Source: Oceanispirochaeta sp.
GTDB lineage: Bacteria; Spirochaetota; Spirochaetia; DSM-2461
Direction of reading: 5' to 3'
NCBI GenBank assembly: GCA_963663385.2
Contig: CAXXXD010000001.1
Span: forward strand, 512,001-576,000
DNA: 64,000 bases
The notes under the pieces were generated by a model. It was given only the letters and a program-made list of their open reading frames with translations. It did no database searches and had not been told where the DNA came from. The position numbers were made by a program, and so were the translations under genes. This document shows, one piece after another, positions 1 through 10,587 of this stretch. The stretch's first letter is position 1; the number at the start of each line of letters is the position of its first letter.

Positions 1-1396
1 GATTTGTCAGAATCATCGCAGATGATTCAACTGTGGTTTCCAGATAGCTATTGAATTCCTCTTCTGTGAGATTGTCCTCCTGAAGCATTTTCTGAATCCT
101 TCTGGTTCTATCATCCAGATAGGAGGCGGCTGTTACGGATATACCAAGAGGGGTGTTGATTTCATGGGCAACACCCGCTACCAGGCGGCCCAGGGCGGCC
201 ATTTTTTCGGATTGTATCAACTGCTGCTGAGTTCCTTCCAGATTTACAAGGAATTCTTCCATTTTTCCGGAGCGTTCCTCCACCTGTTTTTCCAGTTCCA
301 GGTTTATTCTCTTCAGTTCCTTTTCTGCTGCCTTCAGCTTTGTAATATCCCGCCCTTCGGGCAGAATATAGAGTATTGCGCCTTTTTCATCCAGAATGGG
401 AGTTATAGAGAAATCTACCTGAACCAGAGCTCCATCTGCATTGTTGTGAAAAGTGTTAAAGCGGACCGTTTCGCCTCTGTTGGCCTTCTGGATGGCTGTT
501 TTCACCTTTTCCATCTCTTCCGTTGATTGAGACCACCAGGGCGTCTCCCAGAACTTCTTTCCAATTACATCCCTTTCGTTTTTTCCAATAAGGTCAAGAG
601 ATTTGCTGTTTGCCTGAAGAACTGTTCCAGAGGGGTCCAGAATGCCCATAAACTGGAATGTATTATTGAAAATTCCTCTGAAGAGGAATTTCGTCTTCTT
701 TTCTTCAGACTGAATGGAGAATCTTTCTTCCTCCAGTTTCAGTGTTTTTACAGAAGTGAAACCAAGAAGAAGAATCATTATGAAAAGGATAATAGCCGTT
801 ATGTAGAGTATTTTATCTTTTATCTCTTCATTGGCGATCTCGAATTCATCCAGATAGATTCCTGTTCCAATTATCCAATCCCATGGTTCGAAAAGAGCAA
901 CATAGGAAATCTTTTCAAAGGATTCGCCAGTGAGCTCTCTCTTCTGCCACATATACCGGACAAACCCCTGTCCATCTGTCTTTGCAATGGTAGTCATTTC
1001 ATTGAAAAGGCGTTTCCCTGAAGGGTCTTCGTATTCTCCGACATACATACCATTGAGATTCTTCTGGTAGGGGTGATAAATCATATCCGGCCTTGTTGTC
1101 GTAATCCAGAAATATTCGTCATGGTTTTCTCCATATCGAATATTGCCAATTACCTCTATTGCCATTCCTTTGGCTTCTTCTCTTGTATATTCACCGGATT
1201 GAACCTGTTTTTCATAGTTTTCAAGAATAGAGAGTGCCGACTGGACCATTTGCTTAACATGGCTCTTCTGTTTTTCCAGCATTACAGACTGCATTGTCGG
1301 AAGGAAAATTTTAAAAAAAATCAGGAACAGGAGCAGAATGCTGATTAAAATCGGGAGGAAGAAATGGATAAACCAGGTGGTTCTATGATCTCTCAT
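1..1396 (-). CDS. Membrane sensor histidine kinase (partial; 3' end runs off the window)
   Basis: Manual minus-strand translation from ATG 1396 is in frame with [29 protein letters not shown] (HisKA H-box). The N-terminus is hydrophobic. It is absent from the ORF track because no stop lies in the window. Confidence 0.85.
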   Translation of the reverse strand, partial: MRDHRTTWFIHFFLPILISILLLFLIFFKIFLPTMQSVMLEKQKSHVKQMVQSALSILENYEKQVQSGEYTREEAKGMAIEVIGNIRYGENHDEYFWITTTRPDMIYHPYQKNLNGMYVGEYEDPSGKRLFNEMTTIAKTDGQGFVRYMWQKRELTGESFEKISYVALFEPWDWIIGTGIYLDEFEIANEEIKDKILYITAIILFIMILLLGFTSVKTLKLEEERFSIQSEEKKTKFLFRGIFNNTFQFMGILDPSGTVLQANSKSLDLIGKNERDVIGKKFWETPWWSQSTEEMEKVKTAIQKANRGETVRFNTFHNNADGALVQVDFSITPILDEKGAILYILPEGRDITKLKAAEKELKRINLELEKQVEERSGKMEEFLVNLEGTQQQLIQSEKMAALGRLVAGVAHEINTPLGISVTAASYLDDRTRRIQKMLQEDNLTEEEFNSYLETTVESSAMILTN

Positions 1397-1448
1397 AATA
1401 TACAATTTTCCAACATGAAATCTTCCCGGTCAATCAGGAAATTATAAA

Positions 1449-2102
1449 TCAGGCGATATCCTGTCTGGAGAACTCTCCGGCATGCAGAAAAAGGGTTGCG
1501 ATTGTTTCTTTATGATCCGTATCGATTTTTAATGCATCAGAATCGAATCCCAGGCCCTGCAGGAGCTGAATAATCATCACCAGTCCCAATCCGGCTCCCT
1601 CGGTTGAATCCTCAACAATCTTATAGGCATCGGGAATGGTCTTATGATCCTTCATGGTTTCGAACTTCCTGTTGATCCGGACTTTTTCCTCTTCTGTCAG
1701 TAGGGCGTTATTACGGACCCGGATCCGCAGTTTTTCATCCTGAAGATGGAAATCTATTTTTATATAGAGCCCGGCTTTCTTCTGAATGGACTGGAACTTC
1801 TCAATTTCCTCAAAGGTATCGGCACGGAATGTTTCAAGGCCGACCTTGTACTCTTCCGGATTGTTGATATTCAGTCCCTTCTCCATAAAGTAGATCCTTT
1901 TGGCATTGGCCCTGTTGGCATTTCCCGCCAGTTCATGGAGGCAGTAGGAAACCTGGTTTACAAGGTAGGGCCTTTCAATCTCATCCAGGTAGAGTTTCAG
2001 GATGTTGTCGATATAATTTCTTTCCCTCGAAAGGTATGATACCGTTTTGATGGTGAGGGTCTTGGATTCATGAATCGCATATTCGACCAGATTGAAATTC
2101 AT
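1449..2102 (-). CDS. Stand-alone HATPase_c-like protein (anti-sigma/SiaB-like kinase fold)
   Basis: N-box-like LHELAGNANRAN and G-box EGAGLGL; no HisKA domain. Confidence 0.55.
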   Translation of the reverse strand: MNFNLVEYAIHESKTLTIKTVSYLSRERNYIDNILKLYLDEIERPYLVNQVSYCLHELAGNANRANAKRIYFMEKGLNINNPEEYKVGLETFRADTFEEIEKFQSIQKKAGLYIKIDFHLQDEKLRIRVRNNALLTEEEKVRINRKFETMKDHKTIPDAYKIVEDSTEGAGLGLVMIIQLLQGLGFDSDALKIDTDHKETIATLFLHAGEFSRQDIA

Positions 2103-2259
2103 TTTTTTGAAGATTCCTGTTAAATGGGATTTTTTTATAGTATCATCTATACCCGGAATTTCAATTGTTTTTTTTCGGGATTAATGTTTTTTAATGGAGT
2201 TAGCTTCCTATTCGGTTGTTACCGGATCAGGAGTATTTTGGATGCAGAGGAGTTCAGGG

Positions 2260-2613
2260 ATGACACTGAATGAGGTAAAGGAATATTGCCTGTCCAAACC
2301 GGGAGTCAGACCGGATTTTCCTTTCGATGAGGAAACACTTGTTTTAAAATCGGGAAGCAAAATGTTCGCTCTGGTGAATATCAACAGGACTCCGGTCAAG
2401 GTGAATTTGAAGTGTGATCCTCTTTTGTCCCAGGATTTGAGGCAGCAGTATGAAGAGGTTGAACCGGGGTACCATATGAATAAAACCCACTGGAATACTG
2501 TCCGGGTGGACGGGGCTCTTGAGGATACACTGGTCAAACAGTTGATTGATATGTCTTATGAGTTGGTGGTGAAGTCGCTGCCGAGGAAGGAGAAAGCCGG
2601 TTTATCAATATAG
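2260..2613 (+). CDS. MmcQ/YjbR family DNA-binding protein
   Basis: DFPFDEETLVLK..KMFAL, NLKCDP and PGYHMNKTHWNTV motifs; start moved to ATG 2260. Confidence 0.9.
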   Translation: MTLNEVKEYCLSKPGVRPDFPFDEETLVLKSGSKMFALVNINRTPVKVNLKCDPLLSQDLRQQYEEVEPGYHMNKTHWNTVRVDGALEDTLVKQLIDMSYELVVKSLPRKEKAGLSI

Positions 2614-2793
2614 AGTTTCCGGCTATCAGTCTTTTGCAAATTAACACAAGTATATTGGTCCAGCAGAACAGCCCTGTCATTCCGCAATGTCGATGATAAC
2701 AAGTCAACTGTCCCCCGGTTTCAGAATTGATCAATAAGACTTTGATGCCTCATATGAAACCAGGGGGAGTTGTCCCATTCTGAAAAAACGAAT

Positions 2794-5700
2794 CTAGATA
2801 AATTCCATTTTCAATGTTTTAATCTCAAATCTGTCAAACCTCAGGGATAGTGTATTTTCCTGACAGGAAAGAGGTTGTCCCGCTCTTTCAAGCATATTCG
2901 TCTCTTCAGCCTTATGAATCGGTCTATTGAACGTTATGGCAGCCAGCTGCTCCATACCTTCCGCTTCGTAAAGCCTGAAAATGAAGCTTTTATTATCCTC
3001 GGATTTTTTAATGCTTTCAACAATTACGGCAGGGTTATCCACCTCCGCCAGAGAAAACCCCTGTTCCGGAATTTCGTTCGATGATGTTTCTGTTACCGTC
3101 AGGGGCTGATTCAGATCATAGGCCGGCCGGATGACCGTCTCCGCGGAGAAGCCGTCGCAGAAGGGCAGAATAGAATAGCAGAATGTATGCTGCCCCATAT
3201 CGGATTCGGGATCCGGAGCTTTGGATGATTTCAGCAGAGTCAGGTTAAGAGAATTCTCAGAGATATCATGGCCGTATTTGCAGTCATTCAGCAGAGCCGC
3301 CCCGTAATTGCCCTCTTCAAGACAGACCCACTTATGGGCGCAGACTTCAAATTGCGCCCGATCTGATGGCAGGTTCTCATGGGTATTCCGTGTTACGTAA
3401 CCGTACTGGATTTCACATTTCGCGGTTTGGGAATGGATGTTGAGAGGAAAGGATACTTTCAGCAATTTATGACTCTCTTTCCATTCAACCCGTGTCTCGA
3501 AATCTATCCTTCTATGATGGCTGTAGAGAATCATGTCCTGAAGTAGTTCCGAATTCTGCCCTATCTCAAATCGGCTTCGGATTTTTATTAAACAGGGCCC
3601 TGTCGAAACCACACTCCATTCGAGAAGCCGCTCTTCTTTGCTCATCTTCAGCCGATAATCCTCATCTATGTCCCATGCATCCCAGTAGACGGGAACATCT
3701 TCGGCGGATAGCAACGTATTAAGGGCTTGCCCGGGAGAGACAAACTCCTTCTCCCCGGCTTTATCCTTCAAACTGATAATTCTCCCCAGCCGGTCAAGTT
3801 TGATATGGTAGTAAGGAGTTTCCAGATCGCGGTTGTCAAGGTGAAAAGGGATTTCTGCAGGTTTAGGGAGAGGGTTTATCGAATAGGCAATCCCCCCGAG
3901 AGACGGGGCTTTCGGAAATCCGCATAACAGAACGTCCCTGTCAAAAGAGATATCCCGTTGCAAAGGATAAACATTCTCACCATCGGACAAAGCCAAAGGT
4001 TCTGAATGATTTTCCAGTTCCGGAAGAGCGATTCTGGAGTTCCTGGACCAGGAGAGAGTATTATAGACCTCAATAGAACTTACTTTGACTTCGGAGGATT
4101 CCAGTTCCCTGTAACAGTTCAAAATCCGGGCTTCAAGACGGTTAAGGTCCTGTTCCAGTCCCCAGTACTCCTCTTCCGCTTCAAGATTGACTTTCCGAAT
4201 TGAAGAACCGGGTATGATATCGTGGAATTGGTTTGTCAACAGGATTTTCCAGGCATCTTCCAGAGGCTTGAATGGATAGTTAAAGGTTTCTTTCGCGTTT
4301 TTTTCAAGGAGTTTCATCACCGCAAGGGCTTCAAGTTCCCGGAGTTTGAATTCCAGTCTCCTGTTATACCTTTTCAATCTGCTCTGGTTCGTATAAGTTC
4401 CCCGATGGAGTTCAAGGTACAGTTCCCCCTGCCAGTGAGGCAGTTCGTCAGGAGTCGTAAAAATCTCTTTAAGCCCATCACTGACCTTTGACCAACTCAC
4501 CCGGGGGCATCCCTCCAGATTCGCCATTCTTCGTGCCATTTCGAGGTCGGAACGGTGAGTCCCGCCGCCTCCGTCTCCTTCTCCTACAGACATGAGAACA
4601 CTATCCTGAATCTCTTTATGCTGAACGGCTTTCCAGGTTTTATCCAGGCGTTCCGGCTCCATAATGCCATTATAGCTGATATGCAGATAGGTGGTTTTTA
4701 TTCCTGTTCCATTTATTCCCTTCCAGAGAAATGTGTCATAGGGAAACCGGGTTGTATCATTCCAGTTTATTTTACTGGTTACAAAATACTCAATTTCACA
4801 TTTTTTTAAAATCTGCGGTAACGCGGCGGAATAACCGAAAACATCGGGAAGCCATAGAGTGTCTCCCTCATAGTTCAATAATTTTCGACTGGCCTTCTTG
4901 CCAACTAAAAACTGACGAACCAGCGCCTCTCCGCCGGGGATATTGCAATCGGCCTCTACCCACATTCCTCCATTTGGTTCCCACTGTCCTTTTGCATAGG
5001 CTTTTTGAATCTTCCTGAAGATGGTCGGATACTCATTGGCAATCAATTCAAGTTGACAGGGTTGGGATTGAAGAAAAACGAATTCCGGAAACTCTTCCAT
5101 ATAACGGCACATGTTTGAAAATGTTCTGGCAGCTTTCCGAATGGTTTCGGATTTAGGCCAGAGCCAGGCATGATCGAGATGGGCATGGCCTACAGCATGA
5201 ACCCTTGGGCTTGTCGAACCGTTAATACAGGATAAGAGCGGTTGAATTCCCGAGGAAGCCTCTCTGATTTGAGAAAAAAACTCATCATCACCGGCTGTAA
5301 AGTGAATTTTCATAAGGTTTTTATAAAGCTGCGACAGGATCCTGTTTCGGCGCAGAGAATCGTCCTCAAGAGTTAATGCCAGGTTGAATAACGTACGGAC
5401 GTCATAATAAAGCCTATAGACCTCTTCATTTTTTATACAAATTCGCGAATCAGAAAATGTATTGGGATATTCGGGGACGGAATCCTTGATGGCAAGGAAA
5501 ACACGGTCTTTTTCAAATGGATGGCATCCGGGGAATTTATGCCCCCCATAGGCCTCGATATGAATTATATACTCCCGTCCCGACTGACCGCATCCGGAAA
5601 GACGAATCTTGTTATGATGAGTATTCAGGGCTCCAACGGGCTCCCGATTGATAAAAACCAGACAATCCGAATGAGGACGCGCTTCAAAAAAGACCTGCGC

Positions 5701-5934
5701 CCCTTCCGCCTCCGGAGGAAGTTGCAGGGATGTCTCGAACCAGAATGAGGACCATTCCTGTCCGTATCGATAGGGCAGTTCAATGGATTTCCACTCCAGA
5801 TCCTCAGGGACTGTCCGGTACTCCCTATCCGTTTCGGCAACACTAAAGAACGGATACCCGATCGTTTGATATTTTCTATCATCAAGAAATTCCAGATATT
5901 TCCTGATTCTACTTTCAACTTTTCGTAAAAGCAT
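2794..5934 (-). CDS. GH38 alpha-mannosidase
   Basis: GHAHLDHAWLWP, WLPDVFGYS (nucleophile Asp), GELYLELHRGTYT and NQFHDIIPGSSI motifs. Confidence 0.95.
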   Translation of the reverse strand: MLLRKVESRIRKYLEFLDDRKYQTIGYPFFSVAETDREYRTVPEDLEWKSIELPYRYGQEWSSFWFETSLQLPPEAEGAQVFFEARPHSDCLVFINREPVGALNTHHNKIRLSGCGQSGREYIIHIEAYGGHKFPGCHPFEKDRVFLAIKDSVPEYPNTFSDSRICIKNEEVYRLYYDVRTLFNLALTLEDDSLRRNRILSQLYKNLMKIHFTAGDDEFFSQIREASSGIQPLLSCINGSTSPRVHAVGHAHLDHAWLWPKSETIRKAARTFSNMCRYMEEFPEFVFLQSQPCQLELIANEYPTIFRKIQKAYAKGQWEPNGGMWVEADCNIPGGEALVRQFLVGKKASRKLLNYEGDTLWLPDVFGYSAALPQILKKCEIEYFVTSKINWNDTTRFPYDTFLWKGINGTGIKTTYLHISYNGIMEPERLDKTWKAVQHKEIQDSVLMSVGEGDGGGGTHRSDLEMARRMANLEGCPRVSWSKVSDGLKEIFTTPDELPHWQGELYLELHRGTYTNQSRLKRYNRRLEFKLRELEALAVMKLLEKNAKETFNYPFKPLEDAWKILLTNQFHDIIPGSSIRKVNLEAEEEYWGLEQDLNRLEARILNCYRELESSEVKVSSIEVYNTLSWSRNSRIALPELENHSEPLALSDGENVYPLQRDISFDRDVLLCGFPKAPSLGGIAYSINPLPKPAEIPFHLDNRDLETPYYHIKLDRLGRIISLKDKAGEKEFVSPGQALNTLLSAEDVPVYWDAWDIDEDYRLKMSKEERLLEWSVVSTGPCLIKIRSRFEIGQNSELLQDMILYSHHRRIDFETRVEWKESHKLLKVSFPLNIHSQTAKCEIQYGYVTRNTHENLPSDRAQFEVCAHKWVCLEEGNYGAALLNDCKYGHDISENSLNLTLLKSSKAPDPESDMGQHTFCYSILPFCDGFSAETVIRPAYDLNQPLTVTETSSNEIPEQGFSLAEVDNPAVIVESIKKSEDNKSFIFRLYEAEGMEQLAAITFNRPIHKAEETNMLERAGQPLSCQENTLSLRFDRFEIKTLKMEFI

Positions 5935-5969
5935 AACTTACCTCTTCCGGCACAATCTGCCTATTCGTA

Positions 5970-5983
5970 CCTGTACGTACAGG
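5970..5983. promoter_or_regulatory. AraR-type operator palindrome CCTGTACGTACAGG
   Basis: Perfect 14-bp palindrome with a TGTACGTACA core, just downstream of the -10 box of the mannosidase promoter and next to a GntR-LacI regulator gene. Confidence 0.75.
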
Positions 5984-5985
5984 AT

Positions 5986-6014
5986 ATGATAGCTAAAAGC
6001 CTCATCCTTGTCAA
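5986..6014 (-). promoter_or_regulatory. Sigma70 promoter of the GH38 gene
   Basis: Minus strand reads TTGACA-17 nt-TATCAT. Confidence 0.7.
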
Positions 6015-6036
6015 GAAATTCCGGGAGCTGTTAGCC

Positions 6037-7161
6037 TTATAAACTTTTTCTACGAACCGATTCGCGAATAACCATCTCCACCGGGACTTTGATGGTCTTG
6101 CTTTCCGAAGGACCCAGTTTTATACGATTCAGTATCAGGCGGGCTGCCTCGATTCCAATACGGAAGGCATCCTGCTTCACAGTTGTCAGAGGAATGTAAT
6201 AGGATGCTCCGATTTCCCTGTTATCGAATCCGAATACTGATAATTTCTCAGGTATGGCAATTCCCTCAGCTCTGGCAATTTCCATCACAACCAGAGCCAT
6301 TACATCATTCATGGCTATAACGGCTTTCTGTTCGGGACCGGAACTCAGGAATTCGGCAATAGCACGGTATTCATCAGAATTGCCTGGAAGGGGGAAATCA
6401 CCGAAAGAAAGCTCACGATTCTTTTCTCCCACAAGAATCGGATCATGGGGAGAATAGCCGTAATCCTGCATAGCCTGTTTGTATCCTCTGAATCTCTCAA
6501 AGATTGATGTTATTGATAAAATGGGTCTGCCGAGGAAATAGATATCTCTAAAGTCCTGTTTGATAAGAAATTCAACGGCATTATAGGAACCGGAAAAATT
6601 ATCGCTTAGTACAGCATCAAAATCCATACCGGGAATCATCCTGTCAAGTAAGACAATCGGGATTCCACCTTTTTGAATATTCATCAGGAATTCCGGATCA
6701 TAAATATCCTGAATGGCAGGCCATAGTAGAATTCCTTTGACTCCAAGATCCCTGAATTGCTCAATAAGTTTCTGCTCTTCCAGAACATCCTGACGGGAGT
6801 TTCCAAATACAATATTGAACCCGCTTTCTCGAGCCTCGTTCTCCACGCCGAGGAGGATTTGCTGTTGATAGGAACGTTCAAAGGTTGAGGCAATAATACC
6901 GAGGAGGTTGGAATCTTTTGCATTTCTGGCTTGAACAAAACTACCCTTACCGACGATTTTTTCTATGAGCCCCTCATTCATGGCGGCCTGAAGGGCCTGT
7001 CTGACTGTGCTCCTGCTGACCCCCAACTCTTCCTGGAATTGATTTTCCGAAGGCAGTCTATACCCTTCAATCCATCGATTTGTTTTTATAAGCCTTTCAA
7101 TCTGCTCAAACAACTGAGTATGTTTCGGAATTTTACTATTGTGATCTATCTTGATATCCAT
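6037..7161 (-). CDS. GntR-HTH/LacI-sensor (AraR-like) transcriptional regulator
   Basis: LPSENQFQEELGVSRSTVRQAL GntR HTH, plus a LacI-type C-terminus (SVFGFDN, PLTTVKQ, IRESV). Confidence 0.9.
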   Translation of the reverse strand: MDIKIDHNSKIPKHTQLFEQIERLIKTNRWIEGYRLPSENQFQEELGVSRSTVRQALQAAMNEGLIEKIVGKGSFVQARNAKDSNLLGIIASTFERSYQQQILLGVENEARESGFNIVFGNSRQDVLEEQKLIEQFRDLGVKGILLWPAIQDIYDPEFLMNIQKGGIPIVLLDRMIPGMDFDAVLSDNFSGSYNAVEFLIKQDFRDIYFLGRPILSITSIFERFRGYKQAMQDYGYSPHDPILVGEKNRELSFGDFPLPGNSDEYRAIAEFLSSGPEQKAVIAMNDVMALVVMEIARAEGIAIPEKLSVFGFDNREIGASYYIPLTTVKQDAFRIGIEAARLILNRIKLGPSESKTIKVPVEMVIRESVRRKSL

Positions 7162-7433
7162 ATTCTACCTATACCTACTACTACCTACAAGAGAGTAAAA
7201 TTGTAACTAGAAAGCCTGCAATACGCAAGTAATGTTCTGTTCCTTATCCCAGATAGCTGACCGGTATGTTTTTTGAGCCGGTGGTTGAATCTCTATCAAT
7301 TTGCTAACCAGCAGACAGGTTTTCCGGCTTTACATATTAACCATACAACTTCCGTCTGTTTGAATGCCGATTTGTATTGCAAGATTCTTTATCGGTGCTA
7401 GACTGGGACAAAACAAACAAATTGGAGGATTTT

Positions 7434-8399
7434 ATGAAGAAAGTTGTTTTGTCTATGCTGATCGGAATGTTCCTGAGCATGGGAGTCTACGCAAACGGAC
7501 AGAGCGAGAGCACGGATGTTGAAGCATGGCCCGAAGGTCCCGTTACCATCGTATGCCCCTGGGCGGTCGGAGGAGTTGCCGACATGGTCAACAGAAAAGC
7601 CGCAAGCTTCGGACCTGATTATCTGGGTGTTCCCGTACTGGCGACCAACGAACTGGGAGCCGGAGGAAATGTCGCTTTGACCAACTATCTGAAGAATCAG
7701 CCCAATTCAGATACCCTGATCTTCGGAGCAGAAGGAGCTTTCTCCATCGCCCCCAACATCGACGGTTCCGATGCTCTGCACTTCAGCTATGACGATTATG
7801 AACCTATTATCAACTTGTACTCATCTATCTTTGTTATGACGGCCGATGCCAAACTGGGTATCACAGATCTTGAATCTCTGAAAGCATACGGACAGAACAG
7901 GAAGGTAAAAGTAGCAGTAAACGGTATGGCCGGATCTGAAGCCTTCCTTGCCAAAGCACTGTTCGCTGAGCTGGGACTGGATCTGGAGCTTGTCAGCTAC
8001 AACGGTGCCAACCTGGCCCTGGATGCCGCTGCCAAGGGAGAAACAGCCTTTGCCATATCTCATCAGTCCCAGGCCAAGGGAAGCGTTGAGGGAGGAATCC
8101 TCAATCCCGTAGTTATGTTTGATGAAACCGGTGTAAACAACGAAGTTTTCCATAACGTTAAGGGAGTGGGAGAGTACGGTTACTCCGGATATTTCAGAAA
8201 CAGATGTTTTATCCTGGCACGTAAAGGAACCGATCCCCAGGTTATCTCCAAGGTAAAGAATGCCTACCTGGCTATTCTCAACGAGCCTGAAATGGTGGAT
8301 TTCTACAACTCACTGATGATAGAAGTGGATCCTCTGAACACCGAGAAGATCAACAAGCACATCAGCGATGTAACTGCCATCGTTAAGAACAATCAGTAA
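7434..8399 (+). CDS. tctC: Tripartite tricarboxylate transporter substrate-binding protein (Bug/TctC)
   Basis: Signal peptide; WPEGPVTIVCPWAVGGVAD and NELGAGG motifs; GGAGG RBS before ATG 7434. Confidence 0.85.
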   Translation: MKKVVLSMLIGMFLSMGVYANGQSESTDVEAWPEGPVTIVCPWAVGGVADMVNRKAASFGPDYLGVPVLATNELGAGGNVALTNYLKNQPNSDTLIFGAEGAFSIAPNIDGSDALHFSYDDYEPIINLYSSIFVMTADAKLGITDLESLKAYGQNRKVKVAVNGMAGSEAFLAKALFAELGLDLELVSYNGANLALDAAAKGETAFAISHQSQAKGSVEGGILNPVVMFDETGVNNEVFHNVKGVGEYGYSGYFRNRCFILARKGTDPQVISKVKNAYLAILNEPEMVDFYNSLMIEVDPLNTEKINKHISDVTAIVKNNQ

Positions 8400-8463
8400 T
8401 GTCTTGAGGTTCCGGGGCACCCCGCTTCCGGGACTGATTATCAGACTTAAAGGTAAATGTTTT

Positions 8464-9012
8464 ATGGATAAAAAAAAGTATAGCGCAGCGGCCCGGCTTG
8501 AGGATCTGCTCGATGTTATAGAAACAAAACTGGACTGCTGGGGAGATGCCCTGAAGAAGAAAAGACTCCGCCTCTATCCCGGTATAGCTGGTTCTATTCT
8601 GTTTTTGGCCCTATCGCTTCTTATCCTTCTGCTTATGCCGTCACAGGTTAAAATCAGGGAGGATCAGAACATTACGGCCCGGACTTTCCCCTCCATGATG
8701 GCTTCTATCATGCTGGGCGGCACGCTATTGAATCTGACTAAGGATGGTCTGAAACTGCTTCGGAAAGAAAATCTTCCCTCAATCGAACTGCAGCTGCATA
8801 CGGAACTTAAAGCCCTGATTCTTCTTGTAATGCTGATCATCTACGCCCTTCTGATACCCCTTATCGGTTTCAGTGCCGCTTCGGTAGTCTACGGGATTCT
8901 TATGTTGTTCTACTTCCGTATAAGAAACTGGAGATACTACCTTCTGGTTACGGCCCTTGCCTTGACCATAGGATTTCTATTCAAGAACCTGCTCCATGTC
9001 CGACTGCCCTAG
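8464..9012 (+). CDS. tctB: TTT small membrane subunit TctB
   Basis: About four TM segments, ARTFP motif, C-terminal LLHVRLP; lies between tctC and tctA. Confidence 0.8.
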   Translation: MDKKKYSAAARLEDLLDVIETKLDCWGDALKKKRLRLYPGIAGSILFLALSLLILLLMPSQVKIREDQNITARTFPSMMASIMLGGTLLNLTKDGLKLLRKENLPSIELQLHTELKALILLVMLIIYALLIPLIGFSAASVVYGILMLFYFRIRNWRYYLLVTALALTIGFLFKNLLHVRLP

Positions 9013-9036
9013 TGACTTTCCAATAAGGATTATGAA

Positions 9037-10536
9037 ATGAATTTGTTAATTGAAGGTTTTCAGCAGCTTTTTCAGTTGTCTAACTTTATAGCCATGAATA
9101 TTGGACTTCTTCTGGGTATGATTTTCGGAGCCATTCCAGGGCTGACAGTCATACTCTGTATCGTACTTTTTCTTCCCTTCACCTACTCCATGGGAGCCAT
9201 TCAGTCTTTTATGTTTCTTCTGGGGATGTACTGTGCCGGAAGCTACGGCGGTTCCATTTCTGCCATACTGATAAAAACGCCGGGAACACCCCACGCCACA
9301 GCCACCATGTTGGACGGATACCCCCTCTCCCAGAGAGGCCAGACTCACAAGGCCCTGAATCTGGCTCTTCAGGCCTCCACCTTCGGAGGGTGTGTCAGTG
9401 CATTGGTTCTTCTCTTCCTGGCTCCCCAGGTCAGTCTTTTCGCCCAGAAGATGGGAACCCCCGAGTATTTCCTGGTCTGCGCCTTTGGTCTTACCATCAT
9501 TGCCGGCGTATCGGGAAAGACCCTGACCAACGGTATCATAGCCGGAGCCCTGGGCCTTTTTGTGGCAACCATCGGACTTGATCCCATGACCAGCAACACC
9601 CGATTTATCTTTGATAACATCAACCTCTACTCCGGATTTGATCTTGTTATCTGCCTGATCGGTCTCTTTGCCCTGAGCGAAGTTCTGAACAAGAGCAAAA
9701 AAATAAAAAAGGTAAAGGAAGTGAATCTCCATAAAGAGGAGAAAGAGCTGAACGCCATCACAAAGGCGGATTATAAAAAAATGGCCCGTCCGGCCATACT
9801 CTCCTCCCTGATTGGCGTACTCATCGGTATCGTTCCCGGAACAGGTGCTTCTATGGCCTCCTTTGTCAGCTACGACCGGGCTAAAAGAATGAGCAAGACA
9901 CCCGAAGAGTTCGGAAATGGTTCCATCGAGGGCATTGCAGCCACCGAAACAGCCAATAATGCGGTAACGGGGGCCACCCTGATTCCCCTTTTGACCCTGG
10001 GGATCCCCGGCGACGCCTCGGTCGCCATTATGCTGGGAGCCTTGATGATCAACGGTCTGACTCCGGGGCCCAAGCTCTTCGCCGATCATGGGGTGACCAT
10101 GTACGCCATCATGCTGGGGCTGATCTTCGTTAATATCTTTATGTTTCTGCAGGGTAAGTTTCTGACCCGGCTCTTCGCAAGAATTATAAAGATACCCATT
10201 GCCGTACTGACACCGGTTATCGTTATTTTCTGCTTTGCTGGAGCCTACTCGGTCAAGTCTTCCCTGTTCGATATCCAGGTGGCTATCGTCTTCGCCGTCC
10301 TGGCCTATATTCTGAATAAGCTGCAAATGCCGGTTATCCCGGTACTCCTGGGGCTGGTTCTGGGGCCCATCACCGAAGAGAACTTCCGGCGGGCCCTGGT
10401 CCTTTCGGACGGAAGCTGGAAGATTTTCGCCTCCTCTCCTATCAGCATAGTCCTGCTGGCGGTTATCGCCCTCTCCCTGTTTGTCATTATCAAGGGAAAG
10501 ATCAGTGAGGAGACAGCAGAGCCGGAAGTCCCTTGA
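9037..10536 (+). CDS. tctA: TTT large permease TctA
   Basis: GSYGGSISAILIKTPGTP and ETANNA...LIPLLTLGIPG signatures. Confidence 0.95.
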   Translation: MNLLIEGFQQLFQLSNFIAMNIGLLLGMIFGAIPGLTVILCIVLFLPFTYSMGAIQSFMFLLGMYCAGSYGGSISAILIKTPGTPHATATMLDGYPLSQRGQTHKALNLALQASTFGGCVSALVLLFLAPQVSLFAQKMGTPEYFLVCAFGLTIIAGVSGKTLTNGIIAGALGLFVATIGLDPMTSNTRFIFDNINLYSGFDLVICLIGLFALSEVLNKSKKIKKVKEVNLHKEEKELNAITKADYKKMARPAILSSLIGVLIGIVPGTGASMASFVSYDRAKRMSKTPEEFGNGSIEGIAATETANNAVTGATLIPLLTLGIPGDASVAIMLGALMINGLTPGPKLFADHGVTMYAIMLGLIFVNIFMFLQGKFLTRLFARIIKIPIAVLTPVIVIFCFAGAYSVKSSLFDIQVAIVFAVLAYILNKLQMPVIPVLLGLVLGPITEENFRRALVLSDGSWKIFASSPISIVLLAVIALSLFVIIKGKISEETAEPEVP

Positions 10537-10587
10537 AGTTTGCAGCATCACATAAAGATATAAACTATATAGATAAGGATCAACAAA

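Noticed and set aside
164..1348. Three plus-strand ORFs
   Set aside because: They are antisense to the histidine kinase found by manual translation.
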